Positions 1-7,628 of a DNA stretch of 11,364 bases are shown here, piece after piece (the first letter of the stretch is position 1; each line of letters begins with the position of its first letter). The DNA comes from Verrucomicrobiota bacterium (lineage in GTDB: Bacteria; Verrucomicrobiota; Lentisphaeria; UBA2565; JAYEIY01). The notes under the pieces are model-generated. The model was not told the DNA's origin. It searched no databases and saw only the letters and a program-made list of their open reading frames with translations. The position numbers and the translations under genes were made by a program. The stretch lies in contig JAYEIY010000142.1 of the NCBI GenBank assembly GCA_034660375.1, forward strand, positions 1-11,364. The letters run 5' to 3'.

Positions 1-37
1 ATTAATCATTAATCATTAACCTTGAGCCTCTGGTTGC

Positions 38-304
38 CTACTGATGACCTAGAACAACGCGAAAACCCAAGTTGCTGGACGTGCTCGACGGCGAGTAACG
101 GTTGCGATTCGCTGAGCGGCAACTCCAGGCAGTGTTGCTCCAGCAACCGCCACGAAAAACCCGGTACGAGGACGAAGAAACACCCTGTGAATCCGTAACA
201 CTACCCGAAGGATAATCTCCATACAAATCCGAACACCACTCCCAGACATTACCGCTCATATCATAAATTCCAAGTTCATTAGGCTTCGTTTGCCCCACTG
301 TGAC
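38..304 (-). pseudogene. In-frame continuation of the FGE/C-type-lectin-fold domain after the TAA at 305-307 (GNVWEW...YRVFRGGCW...RSANRNRY...GFRVVLGHQ*); carries the putative DGR variable region. Either the gene 38..2674 is an ochre-interrupted pseudogene, or the stop is suppressed or a sequencing error.
   Basis: Same reading frame as 305..2674 (both coordinates are 2 mod 3). The translation restores the canonical C-terminal FGE motifs (GxYDMSGNVWEW, RGGxW, RSAxR, GFR) directly after the stop. The track ORF begins at a GTG two codons after the TAA. Confidence 0.7.
41..250 (-). other. Putative DGR variable region (VR) at the 3' end of the kinase-FGE gene, followed (plus coordinates ~20-37) by a GC-rich stretch GCAACCAGAGGCTCAAGG that could act as IMH
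   Basis: Abrupt composition shift to ~53% GC in a ~33% GC context. The coding strand is only ~16% A (33 T in 210 nt on the plus strand) against ~31% T. Codons at the non-scaffold positions are NNC-type (agc aac act gcc tgg agt tgc cgc tca gcg aat cgc aac cgt tac tcg ccg tcg agc acg tcc agc aac), as expected if template AAC codons were adenine-mutagenized. They sit in the classic CLec-fold VR scaffold YRVxRGGxW...RSAxR...GFRVV. Confidence 0.55.
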
Positions 305-2674
305 TTATTTTATAATGACTGAACCCGAATATTTATAACCTCTGCTTTTTGTTCCGCCTTTAGCAGCATATTCCCACTCTGCTTCCGTTGGTAAACGATA
401 AATATAATCTTCTGGTAAACGACCTGCCTTGCGTTCTCTATAAGTAAGTTTCTTGCAAAAATATACCGCATTATTCCAAGACACTTGTTCTACTGGATAA
501 TTAGCGCGTTTAATATAGCTTGAATTATTGCCCATAACTCGTTGGTATTCTGCTTGCGTCACCTCATACTTTCCAATCCAAAAATCATTGGTCAGGGTTA
601 CTTTATGAACAGGCTTTTCGTCACTTTCTCCGTTATTTGAGCCCATCTGAAAACTACCCGATTCCACATACACAAACTCCATGCCAAAATCAGGAATTTC
701 CCAGATAAGTTTTTCCTCGGCAAACACCTTGAATTCTTTTGCCTTAATACTCGAAAAATCGATTTTTAGTGCGGACTTTGCAAATTTTAGCATATTTCTC
801 CAGTTTTCGGAACTTTTTGCGGACTCCCCAAGTGAAATTAATTCTGCTAACGGTAATAAATTTAGTGCTTTTTCCCATTTTTGTATGGATTCAGACCACT
901 TTTCATTTTTAGCGAGTTGTTTTGCGGAGTCCGCAGAAAATTTTACATTTGCGTAGTCCGCACCACCAAATTCGATAAGTTTTTTCTCATCTGTCTTGGA
1001 AAGTGCTTTTTTATAGGTATTTTCGGCAATATTTACTGATTTTGTACCTTCTGAATAGATTTTTGCCTTTTTGTATTCGTTTTGAGCATTTTTCCAGAGT
1101 TTTGCGGAGTCCGCAAAATTTTCTCCACTTTTAAATATTTCTTCGGCATTTTTTTTGAGGTTTTCTGCGTTATTCCACAGAATTTCCGCATATTTTGCGG
1201 ACTGTGCATTTTCTGCTATTTTTGCGGAGTCCGCACTGCTTCGTTTTGCATTCAGAGCAGTTGAGCGTTCTTTGTCGAGTTCTTGTATTTTTGCACACTC
1301 CGCAATTACACTCTGATAATTTTTTAGTGCATTTCCATAGGATTTTTGTTTATAGAATTCTTCTGCGGTTTTTATTGTTATTTTTATTTTCCTTAATTTT
1401 TCTTTAAATCCTTCTCCTGGTTTTATTTTCTGTGTGTCTTTCCAGAGAATCTCAGCGTTACTTTTTGTCGGTGCGGTCCTAGAGAGTCCCTGGGATTTTA
1501 TGGGAGTTGTGTTTTGGGGTGTTTTTGTTTGCAGATTGGCTATAGGTAGACCTTTGAAGTAAAATAGGGAACCACTTGCAAGAAGTAAGATGAGTAGAGA
1601 CAGTTTCAGTAATCTGCCTGAAGGCAGAAGGGGAACACCGCCTGAAGGCGGTACTACAAACTTTTTTCCGCCAACAGCATTCACAAAATCAGAGCATGAT
1701 GAAAAGCGTTCATTTGGATCTTTGGCAAGGGCAGTAAAGAGAAATTTGTTTTGTTTGCGTTTTAGTTCTGAGAGGGATTCGGGGGTTTGTTCTTTAGCGA
1801 CCTGCATCATTACAAATGGATCATTGGTTTCAAATGCAGATGCAAAGGGAACTGCACCGCTGATGAGTTCATAAAACGTTACTGCGAGTGCATATTGGTC
1901 GGTTTGTTCATTTTGATGCTTCCCTACCCATTGCTCAGGAGCCATATACGGACGCGTGCCGCTGGTGTCGCTTACCTGATTGGAAACTCGACTCATTGAA
2001 GAACGGATTTCTGCAGCAAGACCAAAATCCAGTACCTTGATTTTGCCATCCTCTGTAATCATTACATTAGATGGTTTTATATCACGATGAACTATCTTTT
2101 CACCGTGTGCAAAATCCAGTGCCGTGGCAACTGCAGAACAAATTTCGACTGCCTTTTCAAAAGGGACTTTTTTATCATCGAACTGTCGTCGCCAGGAAGA
2201 GACAGTAGAACCTTTGATGTACTCCATTATGACCAAATAACCACCCTGCCCTACTTTTAACAAATTTTCAGAAGACTCATCTATTTTTTCGATTTTATGA
2301 AGATGTTCAAGAGATGCAATATTGGGGTGTTTCAACTTACTGACAAGAGCAAAATTTTTCCTAACATTTTCGAGTTCTTCGGGATCTTGCGAAATAAGAG
2401 CCGGAAGTACTTTTATAGCAACATAAAGTTGTGAAATAGTGTCGAACGCAAGATAGACTGCTCCAAAACCACCTGCTCCGAGTTTATGAAAAAGTTTATA
2501 CCTATCTATGCATCCAAGAACTTCTTCTCCTTTTGGACCCTGCGGTCGCTCCGTAACCATAGTCCAGATAGAATTTTCTTCTGTTTCCAAAAAAGGTTCC
2601 TGAATATTATTATCAACAACCTCTTTTCCCATAGAATTTTTTGTCGTAAAATCGCCTAATGATTTATTTGTCAT
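305..2674 (-). CDS. Transmembrane Hanks-type Ser/Thr protein kinase fused to an extracytoplasmic alpha-helical repeat region and the N-terminal two-thirds of an FGE-sulfatase (SUMF1 / C-type-lectin-fold) domain; ends at an in-frame TAA
   Basis: Kinase motifs in the translation: GAGGFGAVY (P-loop), VAIK, HRDIKPSN (catalytic loop), DFGLA, PYMAPE. One hydrophobic TM helix LLKLSLLILLLASGSLFYF. Then ~330 aa of degenerate helical repeats with a recurring ADSAK motif. Then FGE-domain motifs MGS..DEKPVH.V, YRLPTEAEWEYAAKGG. Weak SD-like AAGGA about 12 nt upstream of the ATG. Stop TAA at 305-307. Confidence 0.85.
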   Translation of the reverse strand: MTNKSLGDFTTKNSMGKEVVDNNIQEPFLETEENSIWTMVTERPQGPKGEEVLGCIDRYKLFHKLGAGGFGAVYLAFDTISQLYVAIKVLPALISQDPEELENVRKNFALVSKLKHPNIASLEHLHKIEKIDESSENLLKVGQGGYLVIMEYIKGSTVSSWRRQFDDKKVPFEKAVEICSAVATALDFAHGEKIVHRDIKPSNVMITEDGKIKVLDFGLAAEIRSSMSRVSNQVSDTSGTRPYMAPEQWVGKHQNEQTDQYALAVTFYELISGAVPFASAFETNDPFVMMQVAKEQTPESLSELKRKQNKFLFTALAKDPNERFSSCSDFVNAVGGKKFVVPPSGGVPLLPSGRLLKLSLLILLLASGSLFYFKGLPIANLQTKTPQNTTPIKSQGLSRTAPTKSNAEILWKDTQKIKPGEGFKEKLRKIKITIKTAEEFYKQKSYGNALKNYQSVIAECAKIQELDKERSTALNAKRSSADSAKIAENAQSAKYAEILWNNAENLKKNAEEIFKSGENFADSAKLWKNAQNEYKKAKIYSEGTKSVNIAENTYKKALSKTDEKKLIEFGGADYANVKFSADSAKQLAKNEKWSESIQKWEKALNLLPLAELISLGESAKSSENWRNMLKFAKSALKIDFSSIKAKEFKVFAEEKLIWEIPDFGMEFVYVESGSFQMGSNNGESDEKPVHKVTLTNDFWIGKYEVTQAEYQRVMGNNSSYIKRANYPVEQVSWNNAVYFCKKLTYRERKAGRLPEDYIYRLPTEAEWEYAAKGGTKSRGYKYSGSVIIK
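816..1236. repeat. Intragenic DNA repeats inside the kinase gene: near-palindromic 15-mer TTTGCGGAGTCCGCA. Exact copies at 921-935, 1101-1115 and 1222-1236; variants at 816-830, 951-962 and 1186-1200. Each encodes an ADSAK motif of the helical-repeat region.
   Basis: Direct reading of the plus strand. The reverse complement tgcggactccgcaaa translates to A-D-S-A-K. Confidence 0.8.
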
Positions 2675-2675
2675 A

Positions 2676-3120
2676 TTATATTTTGTCCTTTGCTCTTAAT
2701 CATTTCCGCTCTACGAGCTAAGAAATACTTGCATTCGCAAATACCGTTCGGGGGCTCACTTTCCTGCCACATAATCATTCTGTCAATCCGCACTTCGCCC
2801 TTTCCATATCTTTTGCTCTTAATCATTTTGTCACATAATCATTTTGTCACATAATCATTCTGTCAATCTGTCCTTCGCCCTTAATCATTTCCGCTCTACG
2901 AGCTAAGAAATATTTGCATTCGCAAATACCGTTCGGGGGCTCACTTTCCTGTCACATAATCATTCTGTCAATCCGCACTTCGCCCTTTCCATATCTTTTG
3001 CTCTTAATCATTTTGCCACATAATTATTCTGTCAATCTGTCCTTCGCCCTTAATCATTTCCGCTCTACGAGCTAAGAAATACTTGCATTCGCAAATACCG
3101 TTCGGGGACTCACTTTCCTG
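2676..3120. repeat. Composite intergenic repeat block, about 2.5 tandem copies of a ~170-185-bp unit. Three copies of a 61-bp conserved element (2706-2766, 2891-2951, 3060-3120), with CACATAATCATT(C/T)TGTCAAT(C) modules (reverse-oriented GACAGAAT iterons), CTTCGCCC and ATCTTTTGCTCTTAATCATT modules.
   Basis: Sequence identity between copies is visible directly, e.g. ccgctctacgagctaagaaatacttgcattcgcaaataccgttcgggggctcactttcctg x3 with 1-2 substitutions. The last copy abuts, and supplies, the TGA stop of the downstream gene at 3121-3123. Confidence 0.9.
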
Positions 3121-4650
3121 TCACACACCCTTTTGTTCGGGCACTTCCAGTACTTCGCCAATAAAACTCTCCTTTGGAAGGTTTTTGAGTCCTCTGGTAA
3201 GCCAGATCCATTCATTTTGACCATCAGTTATTGCAAATGCATCATCTTGTCTGTATAGTTTCCATGGTGTATGAATCTCTGGGAATATTTCTGATAAAGG
3301 CAACCAGTGATTAAGGATTAGGTATTTTTCTTTTAATTCATCATATCTTTTCATTAGAATTGCGGAGAAAAATTCATTTTCAGTAATATTTTTTAAAAAC
3401 TTTCCTAAAAAGCCACTTTTTTTATCTTTACGCATCTTATAGATTTTTGTTTCAAGCGGAAAGCATGATGAACTGTCTCGTGGGGAGAGCGATAATTCAA
3501 AGTATCTCTTATCATTCAAAGAGATCTTATGCTTATTAATTTTTACTGCATTAATACATGTTTCTGAAACAGAACTCAGATTCTCAATAACAGCAAAGCT
3601 ATCATTTAGCTCAATTGATGCGTGAAGTTTGCTTATCGCCTGATTTTTTCTTCTCAATTTTTGATTACTCCAGTCTTCGCTCTCGTCCGGCAGATTTCTT
3701 GTTATTAAATCCATTTTTTTCTCTTTATAGTTTCGTGCTCTGCCCAGAGAGATCTTCTTTGAATAAAGCTGCAGAAAGCTCCCGTCATTCATTTTTAGTG
3801 TAAGGCGTTTATTTTTTTCAGAATTATATGGAATCTGCAAGTTTTTTTTCTCAAGATTTTCTGGAGGTTCTGCAAGGCAAAGGGCAACTTCTTGCCAGAG
3901 CGAAGATTTTCTTAACTCTTTAAAAAGCTCAATTGAAGAAATATCTTGTTTATTTTTCTTTAGTTCATCCAAAATAGGCAGGCGAATATCACCACCTGCT
4001 TTTTGTGATGTAATATCGCCAATATTTATACTCATATTTTCAAAAAGTTTACCCGCATCTTCATTTTCAGGATGAACCTCAATCTCTATTTGTTCAGAAA
4101 AACATTTTTCTTCTTTTTCCAATTCATAAATAAAGTAGACCCAAGCAGATTGCTCAGCACCTTTAGAGCCTGCCTTTGGTCTATAATTTACCTTGATTTC
4201 TCTTTTTGAAGAAATTCTTGAGTAACGGATATGTGCTTCCTTAAAACTTCCGTCAGGCAACTCTAAAATAAGCTTAAAATTCTCTGCGTTCTTTGCATTT
4301 GGGCTTTTGGGAATAATCCGAAATTGCAGGGCCGCCATATTTTTTTCAATAAAAACAGATGAACCAGCATTCCACTCAAGAGAAAAATCTTCACAATCTG
4401 AATCTAAGTTTGTATCAACTTCTTCTATAACTTTCTCTTCGTTTCGATTGATAATCCCGCAGATGCTTTCTTCGGAAATTTTGAGAGTTTTACTCTCTGA
4501 GAGCGCATCATTTGAGTCTTCGTTGAAATCACTTTTTTGAGGTCCCTGTTCGATATGGCTATCGTTATTTTCTACTTTTGTACCACATTCAGAACAAAAC
4601 AGTGCATCTTCCGATAATATTTCACTGCATTCCGGGCATTTAAAACTCAC
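3121..4650 (-). CDS. N-terminal zinc-ribbon (CPEC...CSECG) protein with a C-terminal FHA (forkhead-associated, phospho-Thr-binding)-like domain; likely partner of the adjacent Ser/Thr kinase
   Basis: 509-aa ORF with GTG start 7 nt after GGAGG. N-terminus CPECSEILSEDALFCSECG. FHA-like motifs: SLGRARN...DLITRN (GR loop), ISKLHASIEL (SxxH), NDSFAVIENLSSVSETCINAVKI...ISLNDKRYFEL. Stop TGA is embedded in the repeat module. Confidence 0.7.
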   Translation of the reverse strand: MSFKCPECSEILSEDALFCSECGTKVENNDSHIEQGPQKSDFNEDSNDALSESKTLKISEESICGIINRNEEKVIEEVDTNLDSDCEDFSLEWNAGSSVFIEKNMAALQFRIIPKSPNAKNAENFKLILELPDGSFKEAHIRYSRISSKREIKVNYRPKAGSKGAEQSAWVYFIYELEKEEKCFSEQIEIEVHPENEDAGKLFENMSINIGDITSQKAGGDIRLPILDELKKNKQDISSIELFKELRKSSLWQEVALCLAEPPENLEKKNLQIPYNSEKNKRLTLKMNDGSFLQLYSKKISLGRARNYKEKKMDLITRNLPDESEDWSNQKLRRKNQAISKLHASIELNDSFAVIENLSSVSETCINAVKINKHKISLNDKRYFELSLSPRDSSSCFPLETKIYKMRKDKKSGFLGKFLKNITENEFFSAILMKRYDELKEKYLILNHWLPLSEIFPEIHTPWKLYRQDDAFAITDGQNEWIWLTRGLKNLPKESFIGEVLEVPEQKGV

Positions 4651-4680
4651 TGAATACCTCCTTTTATTTTAACTGCCAAT

Positions 4681-4716
4681 TTGACAGAATTATTAAGAGC
4701 AAAAGATCTATTTTAT
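4681..4716. repeat. Single forward-oriented module TTGACAGAATTATTAAGAGCAAAAGATCTATTTTAT, 30 bp upstream (coding sense) of the FHA-protein start
   Basis: Matches the iteron plus AAGAGCAAAAGAT modules seen at 2800-2830 (inverted), 6676-6840, 10036-10068 and 10851-10882. Confidence 0.8.
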
Positions 4717-5164
4717 ATCTTTGAACTAGGGCTGAAAGCGCGCAATAAAACAATCTCTAAATTCATAAAAAATTTTCTCAGATTGTGTTTTTATCCATTT
4801 TGAAGAAGAAGTCTTTATTTCTTCCAATAATTTTGCTGGTGCAATCTTTTTTGATATTTGACATAGTATATGAACGTGGTCATTAATCCTGCCGATAATT
4901 ATTGAGGGTGAATTCTGTTTTTCACAAATTGTAGCTACATATACATGTAAATTTGCTTGCAGTTTCTCCAGAATAATTACCCGTTCAGTTCAATTTATGT
5001 GAAATCTAATATGTGTATAGCTGTGATAATGATTGTGCCATATTTATTACGGGTCTTCAGCCCTCTTATTCTTGTTACATCCGTTTTCCCGAAGCGTTGT
5101 CCCGGGCTATGGAATTATGGGCCTTCTTCGTCCTTATCCGTGTTTATCCGTGTCCATCTGTGGT

Positions 5165-6652
5165 TTACCTATTAATATTACTCCTATTTTTTGCTACTTC
5201 GGCGTTGGCATCAAGGGCCTTTTCCATAATTTTTTCAAGTCTATCTGAATTTTCTTTTATTATTTTTTCTCTTTCTTCGTATCCTTTATTTTCTGCTTCC
5301 ATCATTGCTGCGAGAGCCTTTGCGGCTTCTGGCGAACTTTCTGCAGCTACAGCAAGACGTTCTTCAGGTGTCATTAATTTTTTGTCATCCTGTTGCTTAA
5401 ATTTGAGTAGTCTTTGAGCCTCTTCTTCAGGCAGTGCAGCAATCATTTCTTTTATATCGTGTTTTGAATACATTTCTAGCTTTGCTTTTTGATCATCGCG
5501 AGTTATTTGTTGCTTCTGTTGTTTTATCTTTAACCAGTCTTCAGTTTCTTTTAGTTCTTGATTATGCGTTCTATCCTGCTGATCAAGTCCCTGAGTAAAC
5601 TGCAAGTCTTCGAGTTCAAGTTGATGCAATCCATCTTTTTTATCTATTTCATGATTATGAACCTGCTTTAAGACCTGCATTTCATGTTCCATATTCTCAC
5701 GGCTTACTCCGTATTCATGAAGAAGTTGTTCTTCATACATTTTGAGATCATTATCCGACTTTATTTCATCCATTTCATCCGCACGAACAGCATCACGAAG
5801 ACGCTTTTTCAGAACATTTTCACGGCATCTTATTTCTATATCACCGGATTTCTTACGCAATTCTTCATAATCTTCTCCGTAAAACTGAATGGCGGCAACC
5901 CTCACCTCTTCTATTCCTAAATGCTTAGATGTTTTATTAATGACATCAGCAAGAGAATCTTCGAACGCACTTCTTACGTCAGAAGATTTAATTAAATCAT
6001 CAATATTAGTCGAATTAGTCAAATTTTTGACAGCCTGAGATACATCACGCTCTACTACTTCTGTTATTTGCTGATAAGTTACCTGTCTGGAATCTTTCAT
6101 CAAATTATTAATAAGTTCATCGATTCTTTTTAAATTAAACTGAAAAACTGATTCAGTATAAAAACTCAATTCCATATCTTCTTTGGAGCGAAGTCCCTTC
6201 TTTTGAAAAGGCAAGATAATTTCACCACTATCAACCAATAAAATACTCTTTATGGCAGAGGAAAAGATGCTGGCAAATATCCCGTCTTTCAAAGAATATT
6301 TGCCGGCTTCAATAACTTTTGACACCTTTGCATCTTTGAGAACAACAATTGCGGTTCCAGGCTGAATAATAAGAAAATTTTTTACATTGCGTCTTATGTC
6401 AGCGACCTCGATTCGTTGCAAAAATGCTTCCGGCGGACGATTGATTATATTTCCAGTTACAAGTTTGCGTTCTTCTGGATGCAATCTGCTTTTGCAATGC
6501 GGACAAAATTCAGATTCCACACCGACCCATTTATCACAAGTTCCGCACTTGCTCCAGCCCTTTGGTGCCGGCTCTCCGCATTTACTACAAAATCTAGCAC
6601 GCTTTTTTACAGTATGACCACATTTTTCACACTTATTACTAAAAATACCCAT
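5165..6652 (-). CDS. Double zinc-ribbon / SPFH (band-7, stomatin-prohibitin-flotillin family) domain protein with a long C-terminal coiled coil
   Basis: 495-aa ORF. ATG is 8 nt after GGAGG. N-terminus CEKCG...FCSKCG...CGTCDK...CPHCK. SPFH-like core IEVADIRRNVKNFLIIQPGTAIVVL ... GIEEVRVAAIQF. C-terminal ~200 aa is charged heptad-rich (EEQLLHEY...KETEDWLKIKQQKQQ). Stop TAA. Confidence 0.8.
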   Translation of the reverse strand: MGIFSNKCEKCGHTVKKRARFCSKCGEPAPKGWSKCGTCDKWVGVESEFCPHCKSRLHPEERKLVTGNIINRPPEAFLQRIEVADIRRNVKNFLIIQPGTAIVVLKDAKVSKVIEAGKYSLKDGIFASIFSSAIKSILLVDSGEIILPFQKKGLRSKEDMELSFYTESVFQFNLKRIDELINNLMKDSRQVTYQQITEVVERDVSQAVKNLTNSTNIDDLIKSSDVRSAFEDSLADVINKTSKHLGIEEVRVAAIQFYGEDYEELRKKSGDIEIRCRENVLKKRLRDAVRADEMDEIKSDNDLKMYEEQLLHEYGVSRENMEHEMQVLKQVHNHEIDKKDGLHQLELEDLQFTQGLDQQDRTHNQELKETEDWLKIKQQKQQITRDDQKAKLEMYSKHDIKEMIAALPEEEAQRLLKFKQQDDKKLMTPEERLAVAAESSPEAAKALAAMMEAENKGYEEREKIIKENSDRLEKIMEKALDANAEVAKNRSNINR

Positions 6653-6675
6653 GATAAATCCTCCTTTTATTTATT

Positions 6676-6840
6676 TTGACAGAATTATTATGTGACAGAA
6701 TTATTAAGAACAAAGAGCTTATTTTTTTTATTGACAGAATTATTATGTGACAGAATTATTAAGAACAAAGAGCTTATTTTTTTTATTGACAGAATTATTA
6801 TGTGACAGAATCATTAAGAACAAGAGCCTATTTTTTTATT
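6676..6840. repeat. Perfect tandem repeat, 3 x 55 bp (TTGACAGAATTATTATGTGACAGAATTATTAAGAACAAAGAGCTTATTTTTTTTA). Each unit has two 13-bp iterons GACAGAATTATTA and a T8 homopolymer. It sits immediately upstream of the SPFH gene start on the opposite strand.
   Basis: Copies start at 6676, 6731 and 6786. Copies 1 and 2 are identical; copy 3 has about 3 changes. Confidence 0.95.
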
Positions 6841-7006
6841 TTTTTTATTTGAACTTCTTTATTATTAAAATTTATCCAAATCAGACTATTCAAATTAGTA
6901 TGTAACAATAAACGCTGAATATTATTCTTATAATTTTCCTGTTTTCTAGAAATAGCAGATAAATGAAAAGCTGTTGTTGTATTTAATAAATGGAATTTTT
7001 GTTTAC

Positions 7007-7627
7007 CTATCTTTTTTTATCCACATAAATATCAACAGAATGTATCACTTTTTCTGAACCTCCGAGAAAGAATACCAAAGCTTCGTTGTATAAATTTATA
7101 TCTAAAAAAACTCCCCAATTATTAAGTAACTCAGTTAATATGTTCAGTAACATTGCACTTTCAGAATCCCTATCCTCAAAATTTTTATTATTAATTGAAA
7201 ATCGTTTTCTTGATTGAAAATCCAAAGATGTAGAAACGAATTTATATTCTACCGACAGGGGCGTAAAATTAATTAATTTACCATGCCTTACATTAGTTAA
7301 TAATAAATAGTTTATTAATTGATTTTGATGAAACTCATTCAACTTTTCTACAGTTTTCAATTCATAAATAATGGAGTTTTCAACAACTAAATCTAAAAAG
7401 TAAGTTTTTCTGAAATTTTTGTAAATAATATGAATAGGAATTTCTTTTTCTACTTTTAAACCTATATTTTTACATAAAATACTCAATTGAGTCTGATAAA
7501 TATCTTCGTTGCAAAAACGTCCCAATTCGTTATGAATTTCATATACCTGCCCCATAACTAAGTAATCAATTTCATGAAATTGATTTTGATTTATTACTTT
7601 TATTTTTTCTCTACATTCAAACGCCAT
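7007..7627 (-). CDS. GxxExxY-family protein (PD-(D/E)XK nuclease-like superfamily)
   Basis: 206 aa. N-terminal pattern EIDYLVMGQVYEIHNELGRFCNEDIYQTQLSILCKNIGLKVEKEIPIHIIYK...YFLDLVVENSIIYELKTVEKL...HQNQLINYLLLTNVRHGKLINF. It matches the family architecture recalled from memory: (YKIIG..VY..LG.GLLE..Y...L...GL.VE...P..Y.G...RLDLLVE...IVELK.VE...H.AQLL.YL.....GLLINF), including the D...ExK core. Stop TAG. Confidence 0.65.
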   Translation of the reverse strand: MAFECREKIKVINQNQFHEIDYLVMGQVYEIHNELGRFCNEDIYQTQLSILCKNIGLKVEKEIPIHIIYKNFRKTYFLDLVVENSIIYELKTVEKLNEFHQNQLINYLLLTNVRHGKLINFTPLSVEYKFVSTSLDFQSRKRFSINNKNFEDRDSESAMLLNILTELLNNWGVFLDINLYNEALVFFLGGSEKVIHSVDIYVDKKR

Positions 7628-7628
7628 A

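Noticed and set aside
681-1999. Plus-strand ORFs in the track (681..956, 1082..1264, 1195..1407, 1590..1874, 1787..1999 and similar ones elsewhere: 3615..3803, 4307..4540, 5684..5920, 6387..6679, 7946..8411, 9569..9910)
   Set aside because: All lie antisense inside long, motif-supported minus-strand genes. They have low-complexity translations and no RBS, so they are spurious.
2676-3120. CRISPR array (also considered for 6676-6840)
   Set aside because: The 'spacers' between repeated units are themselves conserved or repetitive, unit lengths are irregular (55 and ~170-185 bp), and there are no unique spacer sequences. So this is not a CRISPR repeat-spacer architecture.
4681-4716. Reading TTGACA in the iteron as a sigma-70 -35 box driving each gene
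   Set aside because: The motif occurs in both orientations relative to the genes. No consistently spaced TATAAT-like -10 follows it.
4717-5164. DGR template repeat, or a small gene, in the GC-richer patch 5040-5160 (TTATCCGTG x2, DnaA-box-like), together with the 9-bp inverted repeat AGGGCTGAA at 4723 / 5045
   Set aside because: There is no similarity to the putative VR (41-250). There is no minus-strand ORF above ~25 aa. The DnaA-box-like 9-mers are too few and imperfect, and a 9-bp inverted repeat is expected by chance in 11 kb.
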